The position numbers were made by a program, and so were the translations under genes. Source: Nemertoderma westbladi (taxonomy: Eukaryota; Animalia; Xenacoelomorpha). Taken from it: 64,000 nt of DNA. This document shows, in pieces, positions 12,508 through 25,040 of the stretch. The first letter of the stretch is position 1, and each line of letters starts with the position of its first letter. The DNA lies in the NCBI GenBank assembly GCA_032718475.1, contig JAUCBJ010006899.1, positions 1-64,000 of the forward strand, written 5' to 3'. Under the pieces are notes generated by a model. That model did not search any database. It saw nothing but the letters and a program-made list of their open reading frames with translations, and had not been told where the DNA came from.

Positions 12508-14710
12508 ATGGCTAAGAAAACTCCAGCAGAAAAGCAGAAAGACTATAGAAACCACAAAAATGCCGAAGGCCGTGTATTCAAGGATGCCAATGCATCATGT
12601 ATGCTATAGCATTGACAAGACATGAAGAAAATTTGATCATCTATCAGGCACATTTGAAGAAGGATTGGTTTTAAGAAAGAAACAGGAAAACACCCAGTCT
12701 CATAATATCACCTAAAAGTAAATCTACTATTGTGAATAAGATGACTAAAGGATGTCCATCAAATGTAAGTAAACGCGAAAAATTGGTTGAGTTTATGATA
12801 CAACCAGACATCAGTTATTGCACTCCAGGTAAGAAGGATACAGTGTACATTGGACGATTGGACAGCATATAATGTATAACTTAAAACAGTCCTTTAGCAA
12901 GCAACAGCTCTTTATAATAATGCTGACAATTCCAACAACACTGCTACATATTATTATAATATTCAGAAAAGTATCGATGAAAGGAAAGATATTTTGTTGA
13001 ATAAACAGATGCATGCATGCATTGCGAGAACTTAGAACTGATGCTTATGTACACTAAGCTGCCTGGTGGGGGAACTGCTGAAGGTCTATTATGCTATATT
13101 CATCCTTGTCTTGATGACCCAAATACACCATTTTGCTGTGAAATTTTTCCCCTTAACTCGAAATTGGATACGATCAAGGAGGGAGATGATGTTCAATTTT
13201 ATCAGTGGAAGAGGGGTGATGAATATTGGCAGAAAAAAAATATTAAAGAAGATACCACTTGAACTTAGTGGTCTAGACTTTCTTACTCTGCTGAAATTGA
13301 AAGTTGTTAGATGTCACAAACATATTTACGCTTACAGAAAATCCACATTTGGAACTGAAGACGCTAAAACAAAACTTGGGTAGCTCAGAATTAATAATGT
13401 CCATATATTTTTCGCATAATTATGAAAATAAACAGCCCCACAAGACATAGGCTGCTTATTTTGGACATGAATCATTTACGATATTTACCACTGTCTGCTA
13501 TGCCAGAGACTTTGGTGGGGGCATTGCCACGGAATCCAGCAATGGTGAGGGAGTAGCCATGGAATCCGGCAACGGTGGAGGCATTGCCATGGCACCCTGC
13601 AATGGTGGGGGCATTGTCATGGAATCCAACAATGGTGTGGGTGTTGCCATGTAATAGTAGTAGTAATTACATTGCTATGGAATCCAGTAGAAACAGTGTT
13701 GTTGCTCTGGTATTCAGTAGTAGTGGTGGCATTGCTATGGATAAAACGCTCTATGTAAAATCATTTGTTGTGATTTCTAACTATACAGACCACAATAAGT
13801 TTATGACTGTACTTGCGAATGATAAAATTATTTCTAAATTGAATAGCAGACATTCAGTTCCTTTTTGTGAGGTACATTTCTGGAGCGATGGATGCTCGGC
13901 ACAGTTTCAATCCCAATACACACTTTTCATTTGTTCAAAATAAACTACAATATGGTTAGCCACAAGACATGGAACTATGGTGAGGTCCACCATTTTAAAG
14001 GGCCTCATGAAGGCATAAGTGACATTGTAAAGCAAACAGTTTATCACTAAGTGTTGAGTGATCAGTTTGTGATTGATAGTGCAGAGCACTTTGTTCAATA
14101 TGCTTCGAGTTTAGAAAGTCTCCATGTTGAAATGGAATATATTGACCATGAAAGTTTCTCAAGTTTCAGGAGGAATCTGACTTCTCGACTTGTTGACCGG
14201 TGAATTATACTCTAAAAGTTCACCAGATAGTTAGTACTCCAAAAACTGGAGCTCTTATGTATTTATTACCAGTACAGCCATTATAAAAAGAATGTTATAG
14301 GTAGTGCATACGAGAAACCCATTGAAAAGGAAATTGGTGACGAAACTGATGAATTAGATGGGGAGGAAACTGAAACTTCAAGGGACACTGACACTATTCC
14401 TGATATTCTCAGATCTCCATTTCTGAAAGAGATTGAACCCGGAAAGTTTGCTGTGGTCAAATTCACCAGGACTGATAGTCACATATTTGCTGTGTTGGAA
14501 ATATATCACATATTTGCTGTGTTGGAAATATAGTCTCTGATTGCACGAATCTTCTTGTTAGTACGGAACTTACTCCGCAATTCTTATGGAAAAAAGTATC
14601 ATTCCATGGTGAAATAGCCTTTTGCTGTCCAAATGTCTGTGATGAATATACTGTTAACTGTCAGGACATATTCAATTATTAAGATTTAACTGTTGGTAAC
14701 ATATGTTGTA
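12508..14710 (+). pseudogene. Decayed DDD transposase, Sola2-like (tentative)
   Basis: Fragments DISYCTPGKKD, CMHCENL, FYQWKR, AAYFGHESFTIFT, SFVVISNYTDHNK, HFWSDGCSAQFQSQY and a degenerate H.KGP; many stops and frameshifts. Element termini not resolved (flanks roughly 11450-15800). Confidence 0.6.
13512..13740 (+). repeat. Degenerate 30-bp tandem repeat inside the Sola2-like transposase
   Basis: Units like GGTGGGGGCATTGCCATGGAATCCAGCAAT, translating as VGALPWNPAM-like 10-mers. Confidence 0.8.
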
Positions 14711-15880
14711 AAAACTATAGGATTATCTCTCTGTGCATTACCTGGACTTATGCGTCTTATATTTAAAAAATGAGGATTGTTTGTTGTTTCTTTATTGTTT
14801 TCATTAATTAATTCGGCATATGGGGGTTATTCACATTACATCAGTAGTTGAATCACCACTAGGAACTCCAGCAATATATTTGTTATAACATTTTCTCTGG
14901 AAAGCTCATCTGTGCGTTACCAAAATTTTGCGTTGTTATAATAGCTGTTGATCACCAAAGATAACTCAAATCATAATGCACTTTGTGCATGAATTAACTG
15001 GCAATTGTTTCCTCTAAAAAATCCTTTGCAAAAAATATCAAAAAATTCCGTAACAGCATTTATCAATAATGACTGGAGTATATATGTCATAATTCTTATT
15101 ATATCATAATAAGAGAAGTTTACACTGAGGACATAACGAATATGAGTGTGAAGGACTCTTGAGACTGTTTGGTTAGGGGGAATGGTAAGTACATAATATT
15201 TTATGCAAGAATAGTACATGTTCATAACTTGGTATTTCAATGGAGAGATTGTCTCTAGATGGGACTATATAAGAATGTCCCTTTATATATCTTAACTCCT
15301 TGTTTCCATTAGACAGTTTTTATCAGTCTTTGTGAAATAGGCAGGTAACAGTTGCACTAGTAGGAGTGGATAGGAGGGTGTGTTGATGAGAAGAGTGGCG
15401 ATTTTATATGACTTTTTTGATATTTTGAACAGATTACCACTCACTTTTGGTGTTTTTTCACACAATTCTGTGCAATTTTATCTAAATTCTTCACACTTTT
15501 ACCATGCACTATTTCAAATCCGCGCACAACGCGTTGCAATTTTTGCATTCCATTTGCAGCTTGGTTATGGATGGGGTGGTTAATACTTAAAATGATGGTG
15601 TATAATTATTTTATGCACATTATGAATTTTAGTCAACTACTGGAACTATTTGTGTGTATATACATTTATCTTAAATGTTTTAAGCGTCAATGGGAAAAAA
15701 CAGGCAGTTAGTTTATTCAGATGTCCCTATTGCCATGGGTGAAGACTCCCAAAACTCTTATAGAACATGCCCTCTGTGCATTACGGAGGCGATTACAGCC
15801 GAGCCTTACACACAGCTCAATCAACATGAGCTGATGAGTTATATTATTTAGGTACAGTAGGCCTATATCATATCATATCC

Positions 15881-18800
15881 CACTGTAGAGGAGGTGGAAA
15901 ATTTCTACCACAATCTACAAGCAGCTACTGATGGAGTGGATCACCATGCATTCTTAACATTCCTGGGAGTCTTTAATGCAAGGCTGCATCAATCACCTAC
16001 ATCGCCCTGGGTCTATAGCAATAGTTTTGTTCCGAAATTCTGTCCATCTTCAGGATTTTATCTCTGGAAATAGATTGTTTTCGGCTGGAACCCAGTTCAA
16101 AAAGCGAACTGGAAAGCTATGGACTCATAGTGGACCCAGTGGTCACAAGTCCCAGATAGACCATATTCTGTTTCGTAGGAAATACAGTGAGCTCTATACA
16201 AGACTGTACATTTACACTTCGACCATTCTCCAATGATCACCGCCTTATTGTGGCCAAGGTAAGACTTAGTCTCTAGCAGAACAACGAAATCTGCCTTGCC
16301 ACGGCATGATGACTGGTCCTCTCTGTTGCAACAGCCAAGTGTGAGATCCAGCTTCAAACTACAGCTGAGCAACAGGTATGAGGTTCTTGCCTCTGGGGCA
16401 GCAGATGACAGCGAGGGCTATACTGCAGTCGCAGAAGCAGTTAAGTTAGCAGCTGCAGAAACAGTTCCTGTTTACCCTCGAAACAGGAAAAGGGCCCCCT
16501 GGACTGACAACAAAATTCAGAAGTGCCGGAATGACCTCTATAAGGCACAGAAAGAGTCCCGACTCAAACAGACTACAGCGGACAAGAATGCAGTTAAGGC
16601 TGCATCTAGGTCGCTGAACAGGCAGTACTCTGTTAATATACAGGAGCTAATAAATCAACAGGTTGATGCCATCAATGATGCTGATGACAGCAGGCAATCA
16701 TCCCAGGCATGGAAATCGATCAACTTGCTTACTGGGTGGAATAACCAACCAACCACCAAGGTTAAGGCTGAATCACCAGCTGATCGCTTCAATTGTTGGA
16801 AGGTCCACTTTGAAAGTGCTCCACTGTGCCAGTGGAGTAGATGGTGTTCCCCCTGAGGTCTTTAAAATACCTGAGTGTTTAAAGCTCATCTATCCCATCA
16901 TAGTAGACATGTACCAAACAACAATAGTCCCACAAGAAATGAAAACAAATACGTTGGTGCCAGTTCCCAAGAAGGTCAACCTAACACTCTGTGGTTCTTT
17001 TCAGGGAATCTCATTGATCTCGATTGCTGCTAAGCTTTACAATAGAATTCTATTAAATCATAAATGGAAATCATGGAAATACATGGAAATCAGAATGGAT
17101 TCCATAAAGGTTGTGGGACCATGGAGCCCAATTTGGCACTTAGAAGGATAATTGAAGAGTTATCAAAAAAGAAAGACAGGCATCTGGCTGTTTTCTTTGT
17201 TGACTTCTTCAAGGCCTTTGATTCTGTATCTCGCTCTCTTTCATTATATGGGACTCCTGATGAAATTATTGCAGCAATCAGAGCAGTATATGATGGTTGG
17301 ACAACATTTGTGTCTACTGTTGATGGTGACACAGTACCATTTGAAGTGTTATGGGGCATCCTCCAGGGAGACACACTTGCACCATTCTTGTTCAGAATTG
17401 TGGTTGACTATGTTCTATGCATGTCCTTAGATCATCATAATGATGATGGGGTGATGATGACTCCACCTACTGGCTCCAGAAGTCGAGGAAATCCTGCCAA
17501 GTACCTAACTGATTTTGACTTTGCTGATGACTTAGGAGCACTCTCAGAATCACTAGAGGGAGCCCAACGGCTCCTCATCATCTCATTAGAACATGCTGCT
17601 TCTAGTGTTGGTCTTTTTATTAACTCCAGAAAGACCGAAATTTTGACAGTTAACTTTGAAAGTCCTGATTGGATGAGCATAAGCTCAAAGGATGGTATGC
17701 TTGAGCATGTGGACGACTTCTGTTACCTGGGATCATGGATCCGGAAGTCAGGTGAGGACCTTTGTTAAACAGGGGCGATCAGGAGATAGTTCTTACAAAA
17801 GGTTCTTAAAATGTTTTACTATTATTTTCTATACGGCTCCTACAAATAGCTTGTTCCTTTCTCTGTTGATCGCTCAACAGAGAGCTAACTGTTCGAATCT
17901 ATGAGCCACGCCGGAATAACCAAAACAATAAACCCGAATCGGCTCCCTAAGCTACTTAAAACGAGTGCGGGTGGCCTAGCACTCGGAGTTCACTCATCGC
18001 AAAATACTGGAATTCACTGGCAGAATCATTGAATGTGAGAATGTTTTAATAATCTACGGGGACAGATCTATTTCCTAGGTGCCGAAACTTGGCCTTTGGC
18101 TGGTTTTAGACCAGCAAACTTACTACTGCTGTACTGTATACTAGACACTGCTGTCAACCTGTTGCCCCGCTATTTTCAAATAACCGCCTAGCGTGAATAG
18201 TCTACGGTATTCTAAACAATCACTTAAACTACTCTCCGCTATGCTGCGTACAAATTCTTATTTTAATGCTAAATAATTAGTCATAAATACGGAACAGCGT
18301 ACTAATTACTAAATGTTCCAGAATACGCAATTCTAATTTATTATGTACTGGGTTACACTAGCAACAGCCTAAATACTGTATTATTTTGACCTAATCAGCA
18401 ATTATTAAACGTAAACTAAGAAATAGAAATCAATCAAGGGAAAGGCGCCTATCTAAGCATTCACATTTAAGAATCAGGCACTCTTTAGCAACACAACACA
18501 AATAGCGTAGCACTAAGTTAGTAGTACGACAGATAGCGCTAACTACACCAATCAGCTAGTGCACTAAATACCCGTACGTTAGTACATCAGTATACCAGTA
18601 TTAGTCATCCAATCAGTCAGTCAGTCAGTCAGTGTAAGAACCACAGGCCACCCAAAGCCACACATAGGACTCCTAACTAAACCCAAATTCTGCCCCCCTA
18701 AAACTACAAAGTAGAGACGGAAATCTGGATCGTCAGCCCCCTAATACTGTAACAGCGGCTGGTCCCCGGTCCTCAACTGACTAGCCCCGACCGCAACAGT

Positions 18801-20289
18801 GGCCCCCCGCCAGCGTTGCCCCGCTTTGGATCCTCTGCACTCCCTTCCGTCGCTTCCCCCCGGTGCGCCCGCCGCGTCTACCTGTACCTTAGCCCTCCAT
18901 TAGAACAAATAGCTACCGTATCGGCGCATGCATTTGCAAACAGTCTGACAGTCTGAAGAAAATCACGTGGGATTATCGCATCTTAAATCACATAGAACTA
19001 TTAATCAAAGGGTAGAAATCATAGTTCGAAATTTTAATTTGCAGTAACCATTAAGATTGATTGAGAAACATAGCAAAGAATAAAGCAGAAATTACAAAAT
19101 TGCGAATTATTGCAAGAAGCAAAAATATAGGGTCCAAAACAGATTGAGACAAATTACAGATTGAGATTATAGATGACTGAGATGCACATACCGGAAATAC
19201 AGCCAAATTTATAGGTGATTCATCAAGGATGATGCAATAATCCTCTCATTGGTTCCCCAATCCGTGCTCCCATTAGACCAACCTGGAATAGCTAGGCCAA
19301 TAAGGAAGCCGGATTGTGAACCTAATGCCTCCCAGAATCACAAATTATTACCATATATGGTAATGGTTGCGTTACTTAATTTCGCGATACTAAAAACACA
19401 GTACATACAATCTAATTTAGCGCAAATATAACGGAAATTAATGCAAATACACAGTTAATCCTATTAATACCATAACAGCAAGCTTGCATCAAGATTTCTA
19501 TAGGAAACTTGCTACCGTAAATATTATTTATTTATATTTTATTACAAAATTACGTAGGTGGGGCTACATACTGTACGAAATGGATAAGATTTACGAATAT
19601 GGATATTTTATTTTCCTTATCTAAATATGATTGCGCATCATTATGGCTTATCTAAATATTTATACTGTATAATGGGCTGATAATGGTACACAGCGCCATA
19701 TATCGTAACAACCTTCGAATACGTAAGGGAAAGGCAAATGGGCTGGGCCGCCTTGAATATGCTTTCCCGGATTTGCAAGTCACCGAGAATTAATCGGAAA
19801 CTTTTAAGGTCCGATTACTTAGAGCAGCAGTAGTTCCAGTACTCCTCTATGGGAGTCCATGCTGGGCTCTAACTGCTGAGGACACCAAATCTCTGGATGG
19901 CACATTCACAAGAATGCTATGCCGGGTTGATTGTGTCAAGTATAATGCACACATCTTCAACCAGACACTATATAACATTGGAGGTGTCTCATTGGTTTCC
20001 CCAAGCTTGACACTAGAACAAAATCGCCTCCGCTTTGCAGGACATTTTTTTCGCCGGAGGACCAGCCAGTGCATAATCTTGTAATGTGAATAAGTGAATA
20101 ATAAAGTGAATAAGCATGGTGGCAGCCTATGACTTTCTGGAGATGCATCTTAAAGGACACTAGCCTTGAAGAAACGGTTGATCTAGAAAATGTCATGAGT
20201 GATAGGGAGTTGTGGCGGCGCAATTTTGTCTACAGCATTCTTAAAAACGCAGCTACAATGCAGCATGCCGATCCTAGTAGTAGTAGTAG
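15881..20289 (+). mobile_element. 5'-truncated RTE-clade LINE (APE plus RT, decayed), interrupted by a solo LTR
   Basis: WTH..P.GHKSQIDHIL (APE); VPVPKK...GISL, QNGF, DFFKAFDS, GILQGDTLAPFLF, DFADD, YLGSWI; resumes after the LTR (DL|RIRKGK, LYGSPCWALT). (TAG)n tail at ~20276-20289; ~32-bp TSD at 15849-15880 and 20290-20321. Confidence 0.9.
17763..19710 (-). mobile_element. Solo LTR (1,948 bp) of a diverged subfamily of the BEL/Pao element
   Basis: TG...CA termini (TGTTAAAC / CGTAACA); 5-bp TSD ACCTT at 17758-17762 and 19711-19715; collinear blocks shared with the 22388-24551 LTR (e.g. GAGAGCTAACTGTTCGAATCTATGAGCCACG, ATTACCATATATGGTAAT, ACAAAATTACGTAGGT). Confidence 0.93.
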
Positions 20290-20570
20290 TAGGTACAGTA
20301 GGCCTATATCATATCATATCCATCAATTAATTAGTACTATAATTAATTATTATTATTATTAATTAGCAGCAACCTTGGGCAATTTAATGCCCCCGTTGTA
20401 CAATGTAGTCAACTGCTCTGCTAAACTGCACTCTAGGTAAACATCAATAAACACTGTATAGTTGCAATATACAGTAGTTAAACACCAATAAACATTGTAT
20501 AATTGCGATATAATTCAATAAACAATGTAGGCACAATTATAATAACAATAGGCAAACAATTAAACATTAA

Positions 20571-22346
20571 CCCTATTAGTACCGGGCTATAAAATGTTGT
20601 ACAAATACCGGGGGGAGGGGGAGGGGGTCATATTGACCCCCCCCCCCCCCCCCCCCCCTCTAAAATCTACAAATTTTTACGAAAACGACTGATTGTTTGT
20701 ACATAGATATCACTAGTCTGGATCCGACCGAATAAAAAAAATTTCGAAAAAATGTACTGGGGTGGTTATATTGCAGCACCAAAATTACAAGTAGTGCACA
20801 ATTTTCACAAAATTTGAAAGCTACATTTTTCGGCTAATTGTTTTTCAATACAGGTTTTCTGGGGCGCAAAATACATTGGAAAATATTTAAAAATGATATG
20901 ATTACTATAAATGGCCGTTTAGTCCTCTCTGCGTAGGAAAAAAATGAAAAAAACAAGTAACCAGCACTTTTCAGTTAGAACACTCCCTCCCTCCCTAACC
21001 CAAAGTAAGTTGAGAGCCTCCATCCCTCCCTAACCCAATGTAAGTTGAGAGTCTCCCTCCCTCCCTAACCCAAAGTAAGTTAGGAGCCTCCCACCCTCCC
21101 AAACCCAAAGTAAGTTGAGAGCCTCCTTCCCTCCCTAACCCAAAGTAAGTTGAGAGCCTCCCTCCCTCCCTAACCCAAAGTAAGTTGAGAGACTCCCTCC
21201 CTCCCACACCCAAAGTAAGTTGAGAACCTCCCTCCCTCCCTAACCCAAAGTAAGTTGAGAGCCTCCCTCCCTCCCTCACCCAATGTAAGTTGAGAGACGC
21301 CCTCCCTCCCACACCCAAAGTAAGTTGAGAGCCTCCTTCCCTCCCTAACCCAAAGTAAGTTGAGAGCCTCCCTCCCTCCCTAACCCAAAGTAAGTTGAGA
21401 GACGCCCTCCCTCCCACACCCAAAGTAAGTTGAGAGCCTCCCTCCCTCCCTAACCCAAAGTAAGTTGAGAGCCTCCCTCCCTCCCTCACCCAATGTAAGT
21501 TAAGAGCCTCCCTTTTCCAAAATTTGGTGCTGGCACAACAATTTTCACCCACTGACGAAAAATACAAGTTTGAAAACTCTTATGAAATTTTTACTGATTC
21601 CATTGAATTCAGAACCCTAACAAACCCGTATAACGCAAAAAACAAGGTGACACAATCAATTTATATATTTGATGGTTTTTTAAAATTTTGTGCTAGCACC
21701 ACATTTTGCACCCACTTCCGAAAAATACATGTTTGATATGTCTAGTTCGATCTAAAACGCAAGAAATAAATTGTCACAAGCAATTTTATCTATTGAATGG
21801 ATTTTCAAAATTTCGTGCTAGCACCAAAATTTGCACACAGCACCGAAAAATACAAGTTTGATACGCTTGGTGCAACTCGTATATATTCCATCGAAACCAG
21901 AACCCAAAAAAACCCCAATTGCGTAAAAAACAAGTTTGAAACAATCAATTTACAAAATTGCCATATTTCAAAATTTGGTGCTGGCAGCAAAATTTGGCAC
22001 CCGCCGAAAAAAAACAGGTTTGAAATTTCTAAATCATTTTATATGAATTCCATCCAATTGCTAACACCAAAAAACCGGTGTAAATCAATAATAGAGATGT
22101 TACAATTCATATTTAATGAAATGAAATTTTCAAAAAACGTCTCAAAAAAGTGCCAAAAGTAGGGTTAAAAAATGGTGCTATAACTCGAAAACTACCCAAT
22201 ATTTTTGAAAATGGTTTTCACTACTAGGAAGAGAAAAGATTTTTAGGAAAAGTCATAAAATTTCAGATTCCCAACTGCGTTGGTTTCAGAATTATAATAA
22301 AAAAACCACGGGGGGTCATATTGACCACCCCCCGAGTTTAATAGGG
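20571..22346. mobile_element. Non-autonomous piggyBac-like MITE, copy 1
   Basis: TTAA|CCCTATTA...TAATAGGG|TTAA; subterminal GGGGGTCATATTGACC palindromes at both ends; internal repeats of AAATTTGGTGCT. Highly similar second copy at 59686-61183. Confidence 0.9.
20983..21512. repeat. 35-bp minisatellite, 15 copies, G-quadruplex motif on the minus strand
   Basis: TAAGT recurs every 35 bp from 21006 to 21496; unit CTCCCTCCCTCCCTAACCCAAAGTAAGTTGAGAGC. Confidence 0.95.
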
Positions 22347-22387
22347 TTAATGATTTAACAAGCCCAGAGAGATGCTTCTGAGTCATG

Positions 22388-24551
22388 TGATAAACAACCG
22401 CGACCTCTATACTAACAGCAGAACTGTTGAACAGACTAATACCCGTTAATATCCTTCTGCCAACCTAGTAAGTTCTCGTCTAACCAATAAGACACAAAGA
22501 CTGCTCTACTGTTAAGTAAAGGGGCTCAGGAGCGTGATATTACTAAATTGTAAGGGTTGCTAAATACAAAACCGCTACTTACCGTTAGATGGCGCTAATC
22601 TGCCGTCCGCTAATATATTTACTAATTTTACACAACTCCTGCAAAATCGCTTGTTCCTTTCTCTACCGATTGCTCAATAGAGAGCTAACTGTTCGAATCT
22701 ATGAGCCACGCAGGAATAACCAAAACAATAAACCCGAGTCGGCTCCCTAAGCTTACTTAAGACGAGTGCGAGAGGCCTTGCACTCAGAGTATTCTTACGC
22801 CTAATTTTATCACTATTAAAGCACGCTATTACCTACGTCTTTCTAATCGCGAATACTGGGGTTTCTCTAACGTAATGTGTGAATGCGAGAATATTTAAAT
22901 ATCAAAATGGTACAGTAATTGTCTCTCGTGGATAGTACCACTCTGGGTCTACAATTGCCTGCAGCTGGCTTTAGGCCAGCAAATCACTAGCGTTTCGTGC
23001 GTACCGAATAGTGCGTTCTAGCTGATTGCCCGCTAATGCAAATAACTGCTCAGCGTGAATAGTTTACAGTACACTAATTATTACCTTAGCTACTCTCCGC
23101 TATGCTGCGTACTAATTCTTAATTTTTTACTAATTAATTACAGTCACAAATATTTAACAGCGTACTAATTACTAAGAGTTCCAGAATACGTAATTCTAAT
23201 TTATCACGCAACAGGTTTCGCTAGTAATAGCCTAAATTGCCGTATTACTTTGACCTAATCAGTAACTAATTGTTGTAACTAAGAAATAGAAACCAATCAA
23301 AGAGAAAAGAGCGCCTACCTAAACATTCACAATCATAGGCACACTTCAATAACACACCAATCAGCGTTAGAAATCACAGTTTACAATTATGCAATTCACT
23401 ACTCGTACTCCACACTCAACGTTCGAAACGTTATGATACGTGCAGGCCTCTCCCGGGTACATATAGGACTCCTAACTAACCTGATTCCCGCCCCCCTAAT
23501 ACTAAATAGAGACGAAACCTGGATCATCAGCCCCCTAATTACCGTACCGGCGATTGGTCTGCGTACCACAGCGTTAACTTCCCGACCGCAACCGTGACCC
23601 CACGCCAGCGTTGCTCGCTTTGAATCCTCCGCTCTCCCTTAGTCGCCCAACCCCCCGATGTGCCCACCGCCCGCTGGCGCCTTAGCCCTCCATTACGCTA
23701 ATAGCTACCGTAGCGGCACATGCAAATCACAAAGTCTGACAGTCTCAGAAATCCCTTAGGATTATTGCGCAGAAAAGAATCACATAGAACCATTAATCAA
23801 AGGTAGAAATCATAGTTCAATTGTAATTAGCAGTAATCGAAGGAATTATTGAGAAACACAAGCAAGTAATCGCACTAGCAAATCATTTCACGAAATTAAT
23901 CAAATTAGCAAATTGCAGAAAGTACGATATCCTAATACAAAATTAGAGACAGCTCAACAGCAGTGAGAATGTGTCATGTGAGTGAGAGATTGATGATAGG
24001 CTCTACCGGCACACCGCCAATTTATAGGTGATCCGGGTGGGATGATGCAATAGGGTGACTCAATCGCTCTCCTATTGGCTCTCCAGTCCATGCTAGCATT
24101 AGACCAACCTGGAAGCAGTTAATCCAATAAGGAGGCCGGATTGTAGCCCTATTGCTCAAATTATTACCATATATGGTAATGGATCACGTCTCTGGCTGCT
24201 GAATGGCCAGGACGGCGTCCCTATGCTAGCCCTATCAAACTAATATCAGCAAGCACAAAATCCAGGGTCCGAGTAAACTCGCTACCCTGGGACTATCTAC
24301 ATATATCCTAATACAAAATTACGTAGGTAGGGCTACATACTATACAAAATGGATGGTTTCAAATATATGGGCGTTTTGATTTCCCTACCTAAATACCACT
24401 GCGTTATTATGCCTTATCTAAAATATCATGCTGCACAACGGACTAATATTACGTACAGTATAACGGACTAATATTGCATACTGCATAACGGACTAATACT
24501 GCATACAGTATAACGACTAATAATGTGGATACAGCGCCATATACCGTAACA
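22388..24551 (-). repeat. 3' LTR of the BEL/Pao element
   Basis: Direct repeat of 39208-41371 (offset 16,820). Only four mismatches seen by eye (22952, 23047, 23593, 23718). TG...CA termini. Confidence 0.97.
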
Positions 24552-25040
24552 CCGCTCCAAGGGAAATCATATAATGTTTCCCTCCAATTGTAGAAGAGTA
24601 TAAGGTGATGTATACAAAACAAAATAAATTTCTTCCAACCAATCTAAATAACATAATAATTCTACTATTTACAAATATTGCCATAGATATTGCATAATGA
24701 ATTACATACAAATTAAATTTACAAAATATTATCTCTCTCATTGTTTAACGATTATTACATACAAATTAAATTTACAAAATATTGTTTCTCGTTCATTCTT
24801 ACTACATAATGATTACTACATACAAAATCAAATATAAAAATTTTGCTAGGGCAAGTGAAAGGAGTAAGCCAAACCCGCAGGTTTGTCTCCCCAATCACTT
24901 CCTTCGCCTCTTTCATAATATAAATTCAAATAACTCAACTAGTGTATATGAGTCTAGTCGAAGATTTTCAAATGCTACAATATACATCAGAGCGACGATG
25001 ATGTATATATCTAGAGTCTGTCGCCCTGTGCCATAATGTA

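Noticed and set aside
20995-21567. 190-aa Gly-rich repeat protein, or interstitial telomere
   Set aside because: It is the translation of the 35-bp minisatellite; at most one TTAGGG per unit, not a telomeric array.
23508-23536. Hammerhead ribozyme in the LTR (CTGATGA, CTGACGA in the solo LTR, minus strand)
   Set aside because: The required GAAA lies on the opposite strand, and no stem II followed by GAAA exists on the same strand. It remains only a conserved block.
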